Below are positions 44,709 through 59,193 of a DNA stretch of 64,000 nucleotides, piece after piece. The number at the start of each line of letters is the position of its first letter. Position 1 is the first letter of the stretch. Under the pieces are notes generated by a model. The model had not been told where the DNA came from, did not search any database, and saw only the letters and a list, made by a program, of their open reading frames with translations. This stretch comes from Hormiphora californensis (Eukaryota > Animalia > Ctenophora), in contig CM035360.1 in assembly GCA_020137815.1 (NCBI GenBank), positions 7,502,001 through 7,566,000 on the forward strand, read 5' to 3'. A program made the position numbers and the translations under genes.

Positions 44709-46654
44709 CACTCAACTTCACGTGCCTATTTCACTGGTAGTGCCATGTGTCATCTTGCATAGAATCATGGGGAACGTGAGCTTTACATTGTCAAGATAAG
44801 ATCACAAATCATTTTATAATTTGAGTGAGCAACTGTCTGGCGACGCCGACCCGATGTGAGCACACTGAGAGTCAAAATGGGGTCTGGCGCCACCAGAGAG
44901 GTGAGCAATAGACTAGATACTGTGTTTAGTGTCGAGTGTCTACTGTGTAATAATTAAAGGAGGGGTTGGAATCCACCCTTGAAACAATTATACTAGGATT
45001 TAATTCTACCAGGCGATGACCCAATTTCCTATTATCATTTATTTATTGAAACTTTTTTCAGGACGATGATGAATGATGATGGGTAACAACTACAAGCTTC
45101 ATGATAGATATTATGAGAACTTCAAATCGTCAATGAAGTAAGTAATTCGGTTGACGGTTATGGTCGTCCTAGTAGTATAACCTCCCTATAACCTCTGGGT
45201 GAGGGGTTCTCTCTCTACTCACCGATAATCGATTGGTTCCATTTTGTAGACGGGGCTTACAATACTGTGCATGGCGCTAGGCACTCCAAATGTCTTCTGG
45301 TGGAATGCAGTATAGGGTGTTGTGGTGTTGGAGAACATCTGAAATTAAATGGGGACGCGGTTAATTAATGAGGTTAATCAGTTGTGGGGTCAATCAGTGT
45401 AGTTATGGGGCTACCTAAATATGGGGCTAGTTAATTAATTGGCGGGAAAGGTAATTATTATAGGTGCTAGTTCACTAATTCACTAGTTCACTAATTCACT
45501 AATTAATTACCTTTTCTCCAACTGATGGCATCTTGGAGTAAGCAGCCAGGGAGGGTGTTGTACTAGTCACCCGACCAACATTATAAGGCGTCATCCCCAT
45601 ACCACCTTCTAAAAACAGCATGGTGTTACTACTATTGAGTATTGGTGTTACACAAGGTTACAAGATTCTGGTATCTCGAACGAGAGCTAATTGTATTAGA
45701 TACTGGATATGAATTATTGATTAATGGATTGACGGATTGTTCATCACATACCGTATGTCTCTTGAATCTGGAAGGAAAGTGTCCTCTTTTTCTCAGGTAT
45801 TACGTACGGTGTAGAACTGCTGACAAACATACTCCGGGGCTGTGGCTGTCCTCCCTGCATGTAGTACAATTGTTAATGGCTCATGCAGTAGACTTGTTTT
45901 ATATTCTAAACCTCCTTTATGTTTGTAAAAGAGGTTTTACCGTGTGCGATGAAACAGGGCCGAACAAGGCAGTAGGAACTAGACAAGGTGGGTGTTGCGA
46001 CTCGGCCCTAAAAGACTAATAAGAGATTCACAATTACCGTTTCTTTTTTCTTGCGAGCTCGCTCGTTAGCCATGGTCCTTGCCATTGCGTCATTCCTGGT
46101 TCTGGTCTGTCTGCACAGCTCACAGTCACACTTCTCGTAACTACAACTTCCCTTGTGGCCCACTCTGAAGGAGAGGTGGGTGTCATTGTCGGACCCATGT
46201 ATTCTACATGGCTCCTCCTTAATTTACACCTGGGATACACAACTAGAAACTACTGGACAAGCTAGGCAACTAAACATGTATTGTAAATAAAATTCAATCG
46301 TTTAACAAGCGTGGTAACAAAACAGCCCAGGCTTTCTCAGACGAATCAGTTTTTAAGGAACTGCAGCTATATAGTACTATGTTGTTGCAAATATTAAAAC
46401 AGTATTTAACAATGTATAGTCAAGAGAGAGGGGGACCGAATCTCTAAAAAAGTTCCAGAGTTTGTAACAAACTAGTTAAAGAGATACTTTTAACTTTAGA
46501 CAGTAAACTGTGTTTAAAAGACCTACCTCATAACATCGATCCCATGGTTCCGGCACTTGGCACACTTGGGCCGTTTTTTCTTTCCATTCCTATCGTCCAT
46601 CATTGAAGATGAAAACCCGCTGTTGCCAGTAGTAGAGGGGAAACCGTAGCTCAT
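44590..46654 (-). CDS. DMRT: Doublesex/Mab-3-related (DM-domain) transcription factor; last exon uncertain
   Basis: Exons 46654-46527, 46164-46038, 45854-45752, 45608-45511, 45338-45223, probably 44620-44590. DM domain RPKCAKCRNHGIDVMR|VGHKGSCSYEKCDCELC has all eight Zn ligands at canonical spacing. Confidence 0.9.
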
Positions 46655-47631
46655 GATGATTTGCTATAGGACGTAATACAGGTCAAGAACAACTCGGGAT
46701 AGGCACTCAACATTTTAACAGTTTTGGAGAGTCACATGGGCAACTGAGAGGGTAGAGAGGGTAGAGAACCTGGCCAACTAGGGAGCATTTTACAGGCTGC
46801 AATGCCAAGCGTCAACAGGAGAGAAAGATGTTTAAACTTTAAACGAATCACAAGCCTCAGAGAAAAATAAAAAGCACTGTCCGTGGGATGAGGAATGAGA
46901 AGAAGGAAGAGAAGAGCGGATCCCTTGTCACTACAGCAGCAGGGGGTAGTGGAAGCAGTGGTGTCAACTGTCACGTGATACTAGGCAGGTACAATGCGTC
47001 TAGTACTGATGACACTATCTGGAGGTGGGGAGAGGGCATAGAGAGATAGAACAGAGAGAGAAAGAGGGATAGAGATAGAGAAAGGTCAGTGATAAAGAGA
47101 GAGAGGAAGATAGGTGAAGAGGGATTAAGGAAATAGAAAGAGAGGGAAACAAAACAGAGCTAGTACAGCTGGGTATTCACCACTTTGGTGATGATCTCAA
47201 AAGATCTCGCACTACAAGAATTTCCAGTAAAATGAGGATAGTATAGTGTCACCCTGCATTACTCCTGCAGTACTACCGGTCATGCTCAGTGCAACACCGA
47301 GGTTAAACTCGAAACTTTAAATATGGTGTCAGGTTCTGGGAAATGATATGATTTATACCCCTCCCTCCCTCTATAGTTGTTTAATATATCTATTACAGCG
47401 GATAATAACTAATTACCCTGTGTGAGAGGATGCAGGGCAAATGTTTAACAGTTAATCAATATTTGTTGACCTCCATTAAAATCAAATGAATTTCCCGCGT
47501 ACTACTATAATAATGCAACTAGCCCCCATACACCTAGATCCCACATGGGCCTATCATATTGACTCATCATTGATAATGACGTACGCTCTGCGGTCCTTCC
47601 CTCTCTCTCTTACTCGCCTCTTTCTCTCTAC

Positions 47632-47765
<134 letters not shown>

Positions 47766-48481
47766 ATCCCTGTCCCCCTCCGAAGGTCATCAACTAGTCC
47801 CCCCGTATTATTATTATTGATGGGATGACTGGTCTATCAGATTTCTAATTAACAGATTGCAGGGTGATCAATACGATATTATTATCCAATCTTGTACCAT
47901 ATTGGCCGTGGTCTCACCATCACGGGGTGACAGTGACCATGTCGTGAATTTCATCTTGCTAGCAAACGTGCAAGAGCTCAAAACCCGTCTGTCATGGCTG
48001 CAATTGATAGCAATTAAAGGTTAACCTTAACATGATACAGTTATAACAGTGTTACTAACACGAAGTGTTAAACCGAAAACTATAAACTGGGCTTTAAAAA
48101 ACTGAGTTTAAATACCCAGCGGGAAGACAGATGATCCGATCTTTGCAGCAACCGTCCGTTTTAGCAGACGTCTTGAAGCATACTGCGTGTTGGTATGAAA
48201 CATATGTTTCATGCATACGGCTTCCTTATCATAATCAAGTACTTTGGTAAACATCATCTGGAATAATTACACCATCTGTTTTGAATTTCACTTCATTTTG
48301 AAGATGAGAAACTCTCACAGATCTTCTTCCACAAGTTCTAGAGCAGCAAAACGTGACGTCATGACAAAACGTGACATGATATTGACGTTCTGTTTCCCGT
48401 ACAAATTTCCGATATTATTTCATAATTTCATACTTTCTCTACTCAATCACAACGCCGCTTCGTCTGTCTTCCTATCCCCCG

Positions 48482-48548
<67 letters not shown>

Positions 48549-50165
48549 TCCTCTCTCTCTCACTCTCTCTCTCTCTCCCTCTCTCTCTCTGTTCAGCAAC
48601 TGTCATCAACAGATAAGATTCTATCGGCGCTGAAAAGTTAAACACTGTACCAGGTATCCAATGAACATGAATGTGAAATCCTTAGTACAGCGGGGGAGGG
48701 GGGGGGGCTTGTTTTGGGTAAACATAGTAAACACGTTTTATCAGCTCACAAAGTTTAACATTTTTACACGACAAAATCATTTTCTCAGTATAGCATGGTA
48801 TCATTTTAGTCCAATAGTCCAGGCATGATCGTCTTAATGACGGTCATGTATTTCTCCTGTAGTGCGATAGGGTTTCGAAGATACGTCATCCACCCAGACT
48901 TGCTTTTCATTTTCTTTGATTTCTTCATCACGTAACAGATGTCTCTGAAATCACATATGTCACGTCATGTACTGGATTGTTTTTTATAATCTACTGAATC
49001 ACAGAGTTATCAAACAAATCACATTATTTTAAACCGTGTTTAACAAACAGATCTTGTATTTTACCAGCTATATTAAATTGCCATGACACTCACTTGAGGC
49101 AGGTGACTGCAGTACACCTCGCATCGTCATGACACATCATTTTAGCATCGGATAACGTTCCATTTCCCAGAGACTCACCTAACACAGGGAAATTAGTTTT
49201 GACAAGCTGTTACCATGGAAATGCAGAGACAACAATTTGGAGAAAGAGATGGTGCACAGTAAACTAGGGTGTGGTTTGTTGAGTAACAACAAGGTGTCCT
49301 GATCAGTGCCAACCTGCAACTTTGTACCCCTCAATAGTGGCCCATACACACGGCTTCTTCTCATCATCATGGTCTCCATCATGGTCTCCATCCTTGTCTC
49401 CATCATGGTGGTCAGCTATGATAACAGTGAACAACACCACCACACACACGAGCAACTTAAACGACACCATAGTTAGGGAACTAGTGAGTCATGATAATAG
49501 TATAGTAGTCATGTGTTAGTAGTCTCTTGTTCTCCATGGAGCCTCTCTATAGTCATGTTTCTATCACAGTACTCTCTTGTTCTCCATGGAGCTATAGGAA
49601 CTCTATAGAGCCTCTATATATACAAAGTTCTTATTGTGCCGAGACAATTGTTCCTTTCACTGTCCCCTCTTGTAAGATGGAGGCAATTGCTTTGTCCTAT
49701 TTCTCTCTATAGGCACACCTCCTTATCCAATGGTCTTATAACAGGCCACATAATGCCTGCTAGACAATGTCAGACAATAGATAGCTGAGTTATATAGCTC
49801 GATGTAGGCCTGGATGTGGCTCCGTGGACACTGAAAAGCATAATTCTAGAGTCATTTTATAGACATCAAGACTCTGATAGATCATGTTATTTTCACAGCA
49901 TCATCACGAGCTGTAGTTGTGTAACCCAGTGTGGGTAAATGGCCCTGTTGTAAACAATAGGTGAAGTGTGTTTGTCTTGGTTAAAAGATCACGCACACGT
50001 ACTCTCTCTCTCACTGCATTTTCTATATGAGGAAACCACCAAAATCAAGACGCATCCGGGTTCTGACTTAATCCTTACAGTTACTTCACCACCTGTTTAT
50101 CTACCAGGTGCGCCCATCAGCTAGATACCATTAGTAATCTCTGTGTTTTCTTGTACGGGAGAGAT

Positions 50166-53100
50166 ATGACTCGGTTAGGATTTATCGCAATTCTCCTTCT
50201 AGGTGGGTCACTATAGAGCCATTATAACTTCTTGAAATAGTGCCTGCTGTAGGGGGGTTCACCAGTTGGGCTGCAGTAGTAGTTGTGTCAACCCTCACCA
50301 ATTGTTGAATTGAACTCCGACCCGTATGTTTCCCAACCCCTTCATTACAATACCGTCCCTCCCACCCTACAACATACCACCCACCTTCCTAAACCCCCCT
50401 ATACACGTCCCTGTTGTTACAGGTGTCGGTGTGTTTGCTGACGACGACAAGCACAATGGAGTAGTCAACTTGGCCAGGACTGCCCTTACCTCTGTCACTG
50501 GAACCATCGACTTCAAATTCGATGTAAGTAACTTTAAGATTTATGAAGGAGCAGACGTTCCCTTCATAAATATTTTATCTCACGCTTCGTTGATGCAACA
50601 AATCAGTGCACGAAAAGGGGGGTGAACAGTTGAAAAAAGGACTTTAATTGTACATCCATTTGTTGCAGGGAAACAAAGCCGAGGTATTTGTTGATGTTAA
50701 CTTGCCAACCGGTGAAAACTGGGATGTCAAAATTCACGAGTTTGCTGCCGACTTCGGGTAGGTTATCTTAGTTTCTTAGTCCCGTTAATTAGCTAATTAG
50801 ACCATTTAACTAGTTAATTAGTCCCGTTAATTAACTGTAATTCTGTTTAGGAAGGAGGATCCGTGTGCTATGATAGGGGCTACTTACGCTCCTGGTAGCG
50901 TGATCCCATTCTCTATGGGGAACCTAGCTGATCTTGATAAGGGCGCTAGCACTGCTGCCATAACTGGTAGTACCACTGGTAAGAGAATCTAGCATTTAGT
51001 CCGGTCATCCTCCCTCGTCCCCCTCCCCCTAATACCCCGTCTATTAATCTCCATGTCTCTTACAGATCAGTATCAGGTTGTTGGACGGAGTGTGGCATTG
51101 TATCATGTTGGAACGAGCAATATGACTGCTTGTTTCCCTATTATCGCTAGCTCTGCTAGATACTTCAGGTACAGTGTGGTTCAGTCGCTTTATAAGTAGC
51201 TCTATCTGATTATCATATAATGCCTATCTACTAATCCTGTTCATCTAATTCTAAATTAATTGAATTTTCATACTGCATCTAACATCACAACCCTCGGCCC
51301 GATACGGAGAGGACAGTCTTTTAAGTGAGACAACTAAATCTCCTATCAGGATAATGCCCTGTTAATCTCACTGTCAGGTCTAAGATTGGTAACCTCAATG
51401 GTATGTTTGGAGAAGTCACTATGACCCAAACTAAACTCTCCACCAACCAGACTCGCATGTTCTTTAACTCAAAGATCCAGCGAACCAGCGGAAACAGCAT
51501 GTACAGTCTTAGGGTAAGATATGATAGCCGAGAGAGAGATATTAAATAGGTATGGGTCAGGAACCGACTGAATCAGGAAATACTGGTCGGTGGTCCCTGA
51601 TTGGCTGATAACCAGTCACGTGACCTAAATAACGAGTTCTGATTGGTTGTTTACTTGTTTCGGTCGGTTCCTGATATGGGTGGTTTGAGGGATGGAAAGG
51701 AGTTGTATGAAATACTCACAAGAAGCAAACAATGGTAATAAATGCTATTGTCTCAGATGGCGACTGGAAGTCTGACCCGGACTGTTGGAACTTGTCCCAA
51801 CACCGTTCAAAACTACCAGGATTTAGTACAATGGGGAACTAATGGAGACGGTGGTATGCGTCAGGTGAGTTATACACTAGAGTTATCATAGTTATCATAT
51901 AGTTACCATAGTAAATAATAGATACCATAGTTACCATAGTTACCATAGTTACCATATTTACCTGCAAATAGATACCATATCAGTTTCTGTTGTCAGCCAT
52001 CTGAACTGTTACATTGCAGGATACCGGATCTGTGACTAGTTCAACTACAACCCATGCCACTCTAGGAAGCAACCCTAGCGATCCCACTGCGGTAGTACTC
52101 CGACGTAAGTTGTTATGTGATCTAGAGAACCCCTAATACAACCAGTAATACTATTTATTTTGTCAGTTTTCAATCAAAGTCCTATCGATAATTAATCTAT
52201 CACTTCTCAGAATGGTGGAATACTGGATTTGGTACCAACAACAACCAGAGAGTGTGCGCTAATGTGTTCAATATCAAAAGCAAACAAGCAACCGCCTACA
52301 TCTACCAAGTAATAAACAATATTTTGTAGATCAGTTACCATCATATTATAGTTTAGATCTAGTTATACAGGCTCTAACATTATCATGATTATATATTCTA
52401 ACATTACAATGCTAACATTACTATGCTAACATTACATTCTAACATTCTAACATTATCACAGGACGGATTGGTAGGATCCATTGTGTTCAGTCAGGAGTCT
52501 CCCTACCACCCTGTAGTAGTGAAGGCTGGTGATACTGACACTCTTGTCTTCCTTAACAGTATCACCATCTCTAAAGCTTATTTCAGTAAGTTAGGGGATG
52601 ATAGCATAGGCCTGTGATATATATGACCCAATGCTTGTCATTTTGATATATATGACATAGGCCTGTGACCCGATGCTTGTCATTTTCTTGTTGATGGCTG
52701 ATGGAGACATAGCTAGCGGGGCACATACAGTAAAATTAATTGCCGGCAGGTACCTCCCACCCGTGGAAGGGTACATTTAACACATTATATGATGGTGGTG
52801 TGATTCACACAGTTCCCCTCCAGGTGACTATACCGTCCCTAAACACGAGACAAGTTACATGTCCCGGGAGATGACCTGCTCTCTCTTGTTCGATAAGGAT
52901 TACACCACGGTCGAGAGCCCCATCTTCAACATAGACGGATACAGTGAGTGAGAAGTGTAGACTGTAGAACTATGATGATCAGAAATACGACCAGGGGGTT
53001 TCAGATATTAGATGTTGCAATACTGTTCTAGTTATCCCATCCTATTACACCAGGTACCAACGAGATAACGATGTTTGGACCCAGCAGTATTATTGGCAGG

Positions 53101-54166
53101 GCCATGTTCTTCCAGATAGCTGGTAGGACCTGGTGTGCTAATGTCAAGAAGGATGGAGACAACATCAGAAGGATTGCTGACTTCCATGGGAAACTGGGTG
53201 GAGATCTCGTTCTAGAGCAGGTATAGTATACATGAATACAAGGAATAAGGATGCTTCCTAGAACCTATTTATTCTACATCTTTTTAGTGTGATTCCAAAT
53301 CTTCTTTTAAACGAGGCTGCTTGATCCATTGTGGTTTCCAACTACCCCCTCTATAACACCCCCCTCCATAACAAAACACCCCTCTATAACACCCCCCGCC
53401 AAACCAGGATACGGATAACAGGTGGGATGATGTGACTGTGTACAACAGCCTCTACACACAGTCTGGTGTCATCACCAAGAACACTGTTCAGCTGTACGCT
53501 AGCGAACAAACTACCCTGGAAAACGCTGTCGGAACCGAGAGGTATATACCAGCCCTGATTTGCTTCTTACTCGACCCTCTCTCTAGTCTCTCTCACCCCT
53601 GATCGATGTTTAGTAGCGACTTTCTCTCTATTTATTATTTATTAAACTCACCCTGTCTCCTACTCCCTATAGGTGTCCACGAAACAATGTCGGTAACCAG
53701 CACACCCTGATCATATTTGATCCTGATAACACTGACGTGTTCTATAACACTGAGTGCACCCCTGATTGGCCCTACCGTTGTGCCCAGGGATCCCTATACT
53801 ACCGACTGGGCTCTCTGGACGTTCAACTTATACAAGAGGAGGTCAAGTAAGTAATATTTTAGAATTTAGATCATCATTTCCTGATCTCTTCTCATTCCTT
53901 ATTGACCCTTCAGTAAGTATTTTGGGTAGATCCTGATTCCTGATCACTAATTCAGATCTGAGATTCCAAATTCTATTGACCGAGTAACATCTAGTGTAGT
54001 TTCTAGTTTGTGAGATTAAGAGTTAGAGATGGATATTATACAGAGCTGGAAGGGGGAGACAGAGGGATTACGGCTGTGTGTCGGTGGCAAGATTTTGTCA
54101 CCTTCCCCCTCCGCCGCAAAGCACGCGATTGTCATCAGATCTAGATACATGTTATCACTCTTCATT

Positions 54167-54247
<81 letters not shown>

Positions 54248-55415
54248 TCTCTCTCTCACTGCACTCCTACTGGTTGGTGTCATCGGTTTAGCGAAGACAC
54301 GTGCGAAGAAATGGAGAGGTAAAGAGAGAGAGATCCTTGAAGTTCATAGTTCATGTTCCAGTGGAACTTCCATCTCACTTCAAATCTAGGAATCCTTTCA
54401 TTTCCACCAAGATTCATGTCTCAATTGTCTACCTCACTAACCCACTCTTCCTCTACCTTCTATCACTACCCTACTACTACCCGTCCATCCCCTTCTCCCC
54501 TTCCTCTCCTTCCATCCCCTTCCTCTCCTTCCTAACCCTCCCTCCTCTACCAGATGGACTGAGGTACTCCACGATTCCTTCCTATCTCTGAGTGGTGTCT
54601 ACGAGATCTCTGATGATTTCAACATCTTTGAAAGCACAACCACCAGCACCTTCGATCTGGACTGTGCTAGGATCAAGGTAAGAGGCCTCCCTATAATAAT
54701 AGTTTCAATTCCATATATAACACCAGCTGATTCTCCAAGGGATAATCATGTAGTTTTGAGGGCTCTAATTCCCCATGCCCTAATTAGGAAGTCGGATCAT
54801 TGGAGTACGTTGCTGAGATCTCTTATTCTGATGGAGCCGGTACTGCTGCTAAGTCCATCTATAAAGATACAGGTAGTTAGAGAGATTGGTGGTTTCCATA
54901 ACCTTATGAATTATTTGATATTTTTATACTGGCCCCTGAAATACTTGATTGAAAGAGAGGAGGAACAGAGAGAGTGCGAGACAGAGAGGGAGAGAGTGCG
55001 AGAGTCTCGCAGCGAGACAGAGAGAGAGGACGGGGGTTGGGCCTGTGGAGTGTGGTGCACTGTGTTGGCTACCAACATTAAAATGTCCTATATCCCATGT
55101 GGTCCACACAGAATTATATTGTAGAGTTCAAGGTCATGTGCCATTGGGGAAGAAATATAGCTAGTGTGTAGCACGAGATGTGGCGAACACGTTGGAGTGG
55201 CGTTCCTGCTGTTTGGATTTTAGGATTCAATAAGACTTTGATTTGAAGGCTCCTTCTATCTATTTGGCTTTAGCTTACATACAACTACACTTTTTTGGGT
55301 GGGATTAATCTCTGAAACTAAATGATGTTGGAGTTGTTAGACTCACACACGTCAACTTTTACAATGTCTCTCTCTCTCTCTCTCTCTCTCACTCTCTCTC
55401 TCACTCTATCTCTCA

Positions 55416-55486
<71 letters not shown>

Positions 55487-57971
55487 ACGCTTCAAGATAC
55501 CACACGCAGCAGCATATATTTCCGGATGCTAACGCCTACACTTTCACCATCCCACGCACACAAGTGTGTCAGTGTGTGTGTGTGCACTAAGACACAAAGA
55601 GAGGGATAAAAAATATTCTGGCTAAGAGAATTGAGAAACGTGGAAAATATAGATAGTGGTTGGCATAAAACAGGAGTTGAGGCCGTAGTTGGCCTACTGC
55701 AAGAATTCCAGGAATCTTAACATAGAAAGTTTTTTCTAAGAAACAGAATAGTAGAGAAAAAACAGAATAGTAGAGAAAAAACGATGAAATCAAAAAGGGT
55801 CTTTGAATAAACATAATAGACAGGACCTGGTTTTTCAAAAGGGTCTATCCTTCAGAATCATAACTAACTCCGTCTCCTCCACACTAGATGGATCACTCAC
55901 GATCAGATACGATGATAACACTGGCAAGACTGAGATGGAGGCTAACTTTGATACTAACTCTAAAGTTTCAACCCTCTCTATCAGAGAGAATACAGTCCCC
56001 ACTAGCCGAAGGTAACACCAGATCTATCACCACCAATCCCACTGTTTCTATATCCGCATCATTACCTTTTATGTTACTTGTCTCAACCCTCGAATCCCAT
56101 CAGTGGTTACCCATATGTGGCATGTGCCAAGAATGTCCTTGGATCTGTCCTAGACTTTGGACTTGGAGAGATCAACGGATCCCGTGAGTAAATGCATAGA
56201 TATTAGTCCCAAAAAGACACAATTATAAGCTGTAGTTTCCAAATCTAAACTACAATTCCCCCTCTCCTATTAGCTGTGTACGTGACTGGAAACATCACAA
56301 CCCGATACACCGTTGCCGGACAGAGTGATATCTCGTTCACTGATGAGACCTTTGATTTCGATGTCTTTAGCGGGGCCTACTCTCCAGCTTACAGGTGAGG
56401 GAGGTGTGATAGAGTTTAGAAAGTAGGGACCTTTTTAGGGAACGGTGGAATTGTAGAAACAAAGATCGTTCTAATTAAACCATATATTCCAGGTCAGTCC
56501 GACTTGGTTTGAAGAATGATGAAGGTACAGATGAGGATTATGTGTGTGCTAACCTAGTCCCTGACTTGGACTCTAGCAATGGAGAGGCAGAGAGCAGTCT
56601 GTATGCTGTCTTCAATGGACAGCCATCACACGGACCTCTCAGGGGAGAAATTATCTTTGTAAGTGCGGAGAATAAACCACTGATCATTGTCCTAAGTAGA
56701 ATTGTTTATCTTTAACTTCTGGTCCGTTCGTAACCATCTCCATGATGCACTGCATCGGCCGACCCCATCCCCTTATTCCCCCTTGTACTAACCCACCATC
56801 ACCCCCTTAGAGACAAGTTTCATACTCAAGTTCCAGTCCCTCGTGGACATACCGGTTCCCAACTAATGTCCAATACGATCTGACTAACCCCGAGGACAGA
56901 CATGATGATGATGATATCTCGTTCAACCACCGAATCTACATCACCAAATACACCAGTTGTAATGATTTCCCTACCAGTAATGTCAGGATTTATGATGATC
57001 TTTATAACCCTTACAGTGTACCTGTGGTAAGTTTCCATAGCAACAGTATCCTTAGCAACACAGTCTCCCCTAACAACCATATTCCTATAGCAACACATTC
57101 TCCCTAACAACCATATTCCTATAGCAACACAGTCTCCCTAACAACCATATTCCTATAGCAACACAGTCTCCCTAACAACCATATTCCTATAGCAACACAG
57201 TCTCCCTAACAACCATATTCCTATAGCAACACAGTCTCCCCTAACAACCATGTTCCCTTAGCAACACAGTCACCCTAACAACCATGTCCCCATAGCAACA
57301 CAGTCTCCTTAACAACCATGTTCCCTTAGCAACACAGTCTCCCTAACAACCATGTCCCCGTAGCAACACAGTCTCCTTAACAACCATGTCTCCTTAGCAA
57401 CACAGTCTCCCTAACAACCATGTCCCCGTAGCAACACAGTCTCCCTAACAACCATGTCCCCTTAGCAACACAGTCCCCTTAACAACCATATTCCCTTAGC
57501 AACACACTAACAACCATATTCCTATAGCGACACAGTCACCCTAACAACCATATCCCCTTAGCAACACAGTAACCAGGCCGAGTTCCCTGCTATGGGAGTT
57601 GTTGGAGACGTGTCTAGCAAGAGCCGGTACATCACCGTGGGAAAGCGAGGACAGATGAACGTGGAGAATCTTCCCCTTGCTGGAACCTTCTCGTGAGTTA
57701 CCCGTGGCAGAAAAACAGGGCTGTTTTCTTTAAAAAGTCGAATTACTTCTGATAGCCGTTCCGATACTAACATCCCCCCTCTCTCTAAACCATGTCCCTA
57801 ACATCCCCATCTCTCTGTAGGGTTGAGGGCAAGGCCATGGTAATAACTGACTCAGTAACCCATGACATCCTGGGATGTTCAGTGATCACATCCCAGCATC
57901 TTAACAGTGGTGTAACTGTCACTCTCTCTGCTGCCCTTGTATCCCTCATCCTCGCCATCTTCTACCTGTAA
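50166..57971 (+). CDS. Secreted, probably GPI-anchored Cu/Zn-SOD-fold repeat protein (CSRP/Rsod-like), six repeats, 23 exons, about 933 aa
   Basis: Phase-consistent exons 50166-50202, 50423-50523, 50669-50757, 50851-50978, 51066-51168, 51378-51513, 51757-51864, 52020-52104, 52211-52308, 52462-52585, 52824-52943, 53054-53220, 53408-53541, 53673-53846, 54554-54677, 54788-54872, 55888-56011, 56104-56183, 56274-56394, 56493-56658, 56811-57026, 57562-57692, 57821-57971 (2802 nt). Signal peptide MTRLGFIAILLLG; SOD motifs GSIVFSQESPY, MFGPSSIIGRA, CANV/CARI/CANL, ECTPDWPYRCAQGSL, VGDVSSK, LPLAGTFSVEGKA; hydrophobic tail AALVSLILAIFYL. Confidence 0.85.
51558..51673. mobile_element. hAT-like MITE in a CSRP intron
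   Basis: TIR CAGGAACCGAC / GTCGGTTCCTG; flanks GTATGGGT / ATATGGGT (7/8 TSD); second copy near 28600. Confidence 0.8.
57037..57570 (+). repeat. 34-35 bp minisatellite made of branch point, acceptor and exon start, about 15 copies
   Basis: Unit CCCTAACAACCATRTYCCYWTAG|CAACACAGTCT; the last copy supplies the real acceptor (57560-57561) and the first 9 nt of the exon. Confidence 0.93.
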
Positions 57972-59158
57972 AGAGGGAGCTGTGTGACAAGATATATCTG
58001 GTAATTTGGGACAGACTGACAGAGAGAATAGGACGATTTGATATGTAATTTTGTAATCTTTTTTTGCTTGAGTTTTATACTGAAATGACGACGAAATTAT
58101 TTTACAAACTTTTCCCACGCCATCACCAGTCCACTCAAAGTCAGACAGACCCATATCATGACAACAAGATCCCTGACTGGAAATGACTGAAGAGAGAGAA
58201 TGATAGAAAGTATAGGAGAGAGAATGATAGAAAATATAGAAGATAGAGGGGATGATAGAGATAATGATAGAGAAAGCTTGTGATCACGCCCCAGGTTGGG
58301 TGTGTATAAAAGGCTGGCCACATTTGAAATAGAGCACAGTTTCTGATGAGGTGACGTCTGCTCTTCCATTTCAACATCCTCTATCTTTTCTACATCTCTA
58401 TCTATCTATCTTATTCTCCATCTTTATATCTTCAACTTGTTATCCATCTCTTTGTCCCCATTGTTCCCATATTCGCCCCTAAACTACTCAATTACTAACC
58501 TACTAGCGGACTAGCCTAGGCCACAGGCCACAGGACCTTCTATCCCCTTAGTCAGAGTTATAATAACACTGTGTTTAGTTAGTAATACAAACAAGAAATA
58601 TTAGTTTAGTGGCCCTCTTTTATTGGACTGGAAACAAGAGTATTCAAATCTCGCTATCTTTTCACCTCTTTTTATGTTTCACTACACTTCTCGTGACAGG
58701 TTATTCTTTGAAATATGACCTCTAAAGGCGCCACAATTTGACATGTGCCACTACCACTCACATGTTTATCTTTCTAATTTCACCCTCTTTTCCGGTTTTC
58801 TGTTAGAAGTTAGAACATGTATTTCAGCGCCTCTCTTCTGCCGTCAGGGTGTCATGCTGTGAATAGACCCTACTAGAGGATTGGGAAGCTGGGCTTCCGT
58901 GGAACATGGAATGACTTTCTCTCTATCATTTTCTCTTTGCGCCATTCATACCCGCGTTTCCCGGTACCCCGTGTTATTTTTTCTACAACCTCGTGTTATG
59001 CTATTGCACCCTCTCTCTCCACTGAGAGTCTTAGTTCTTTGTGGGTTCCACGTTGTGTTTATTTTACGAGCGTGTTATATTTTTCTTACGTGCCCTTTCC
59101 CGTTTTATTATAGTAGTAGTGGCAATAAATCTATTAATCTTGAACTGGAAGAGAGAGT

Positions 59159-59193
<35 letters not shown>

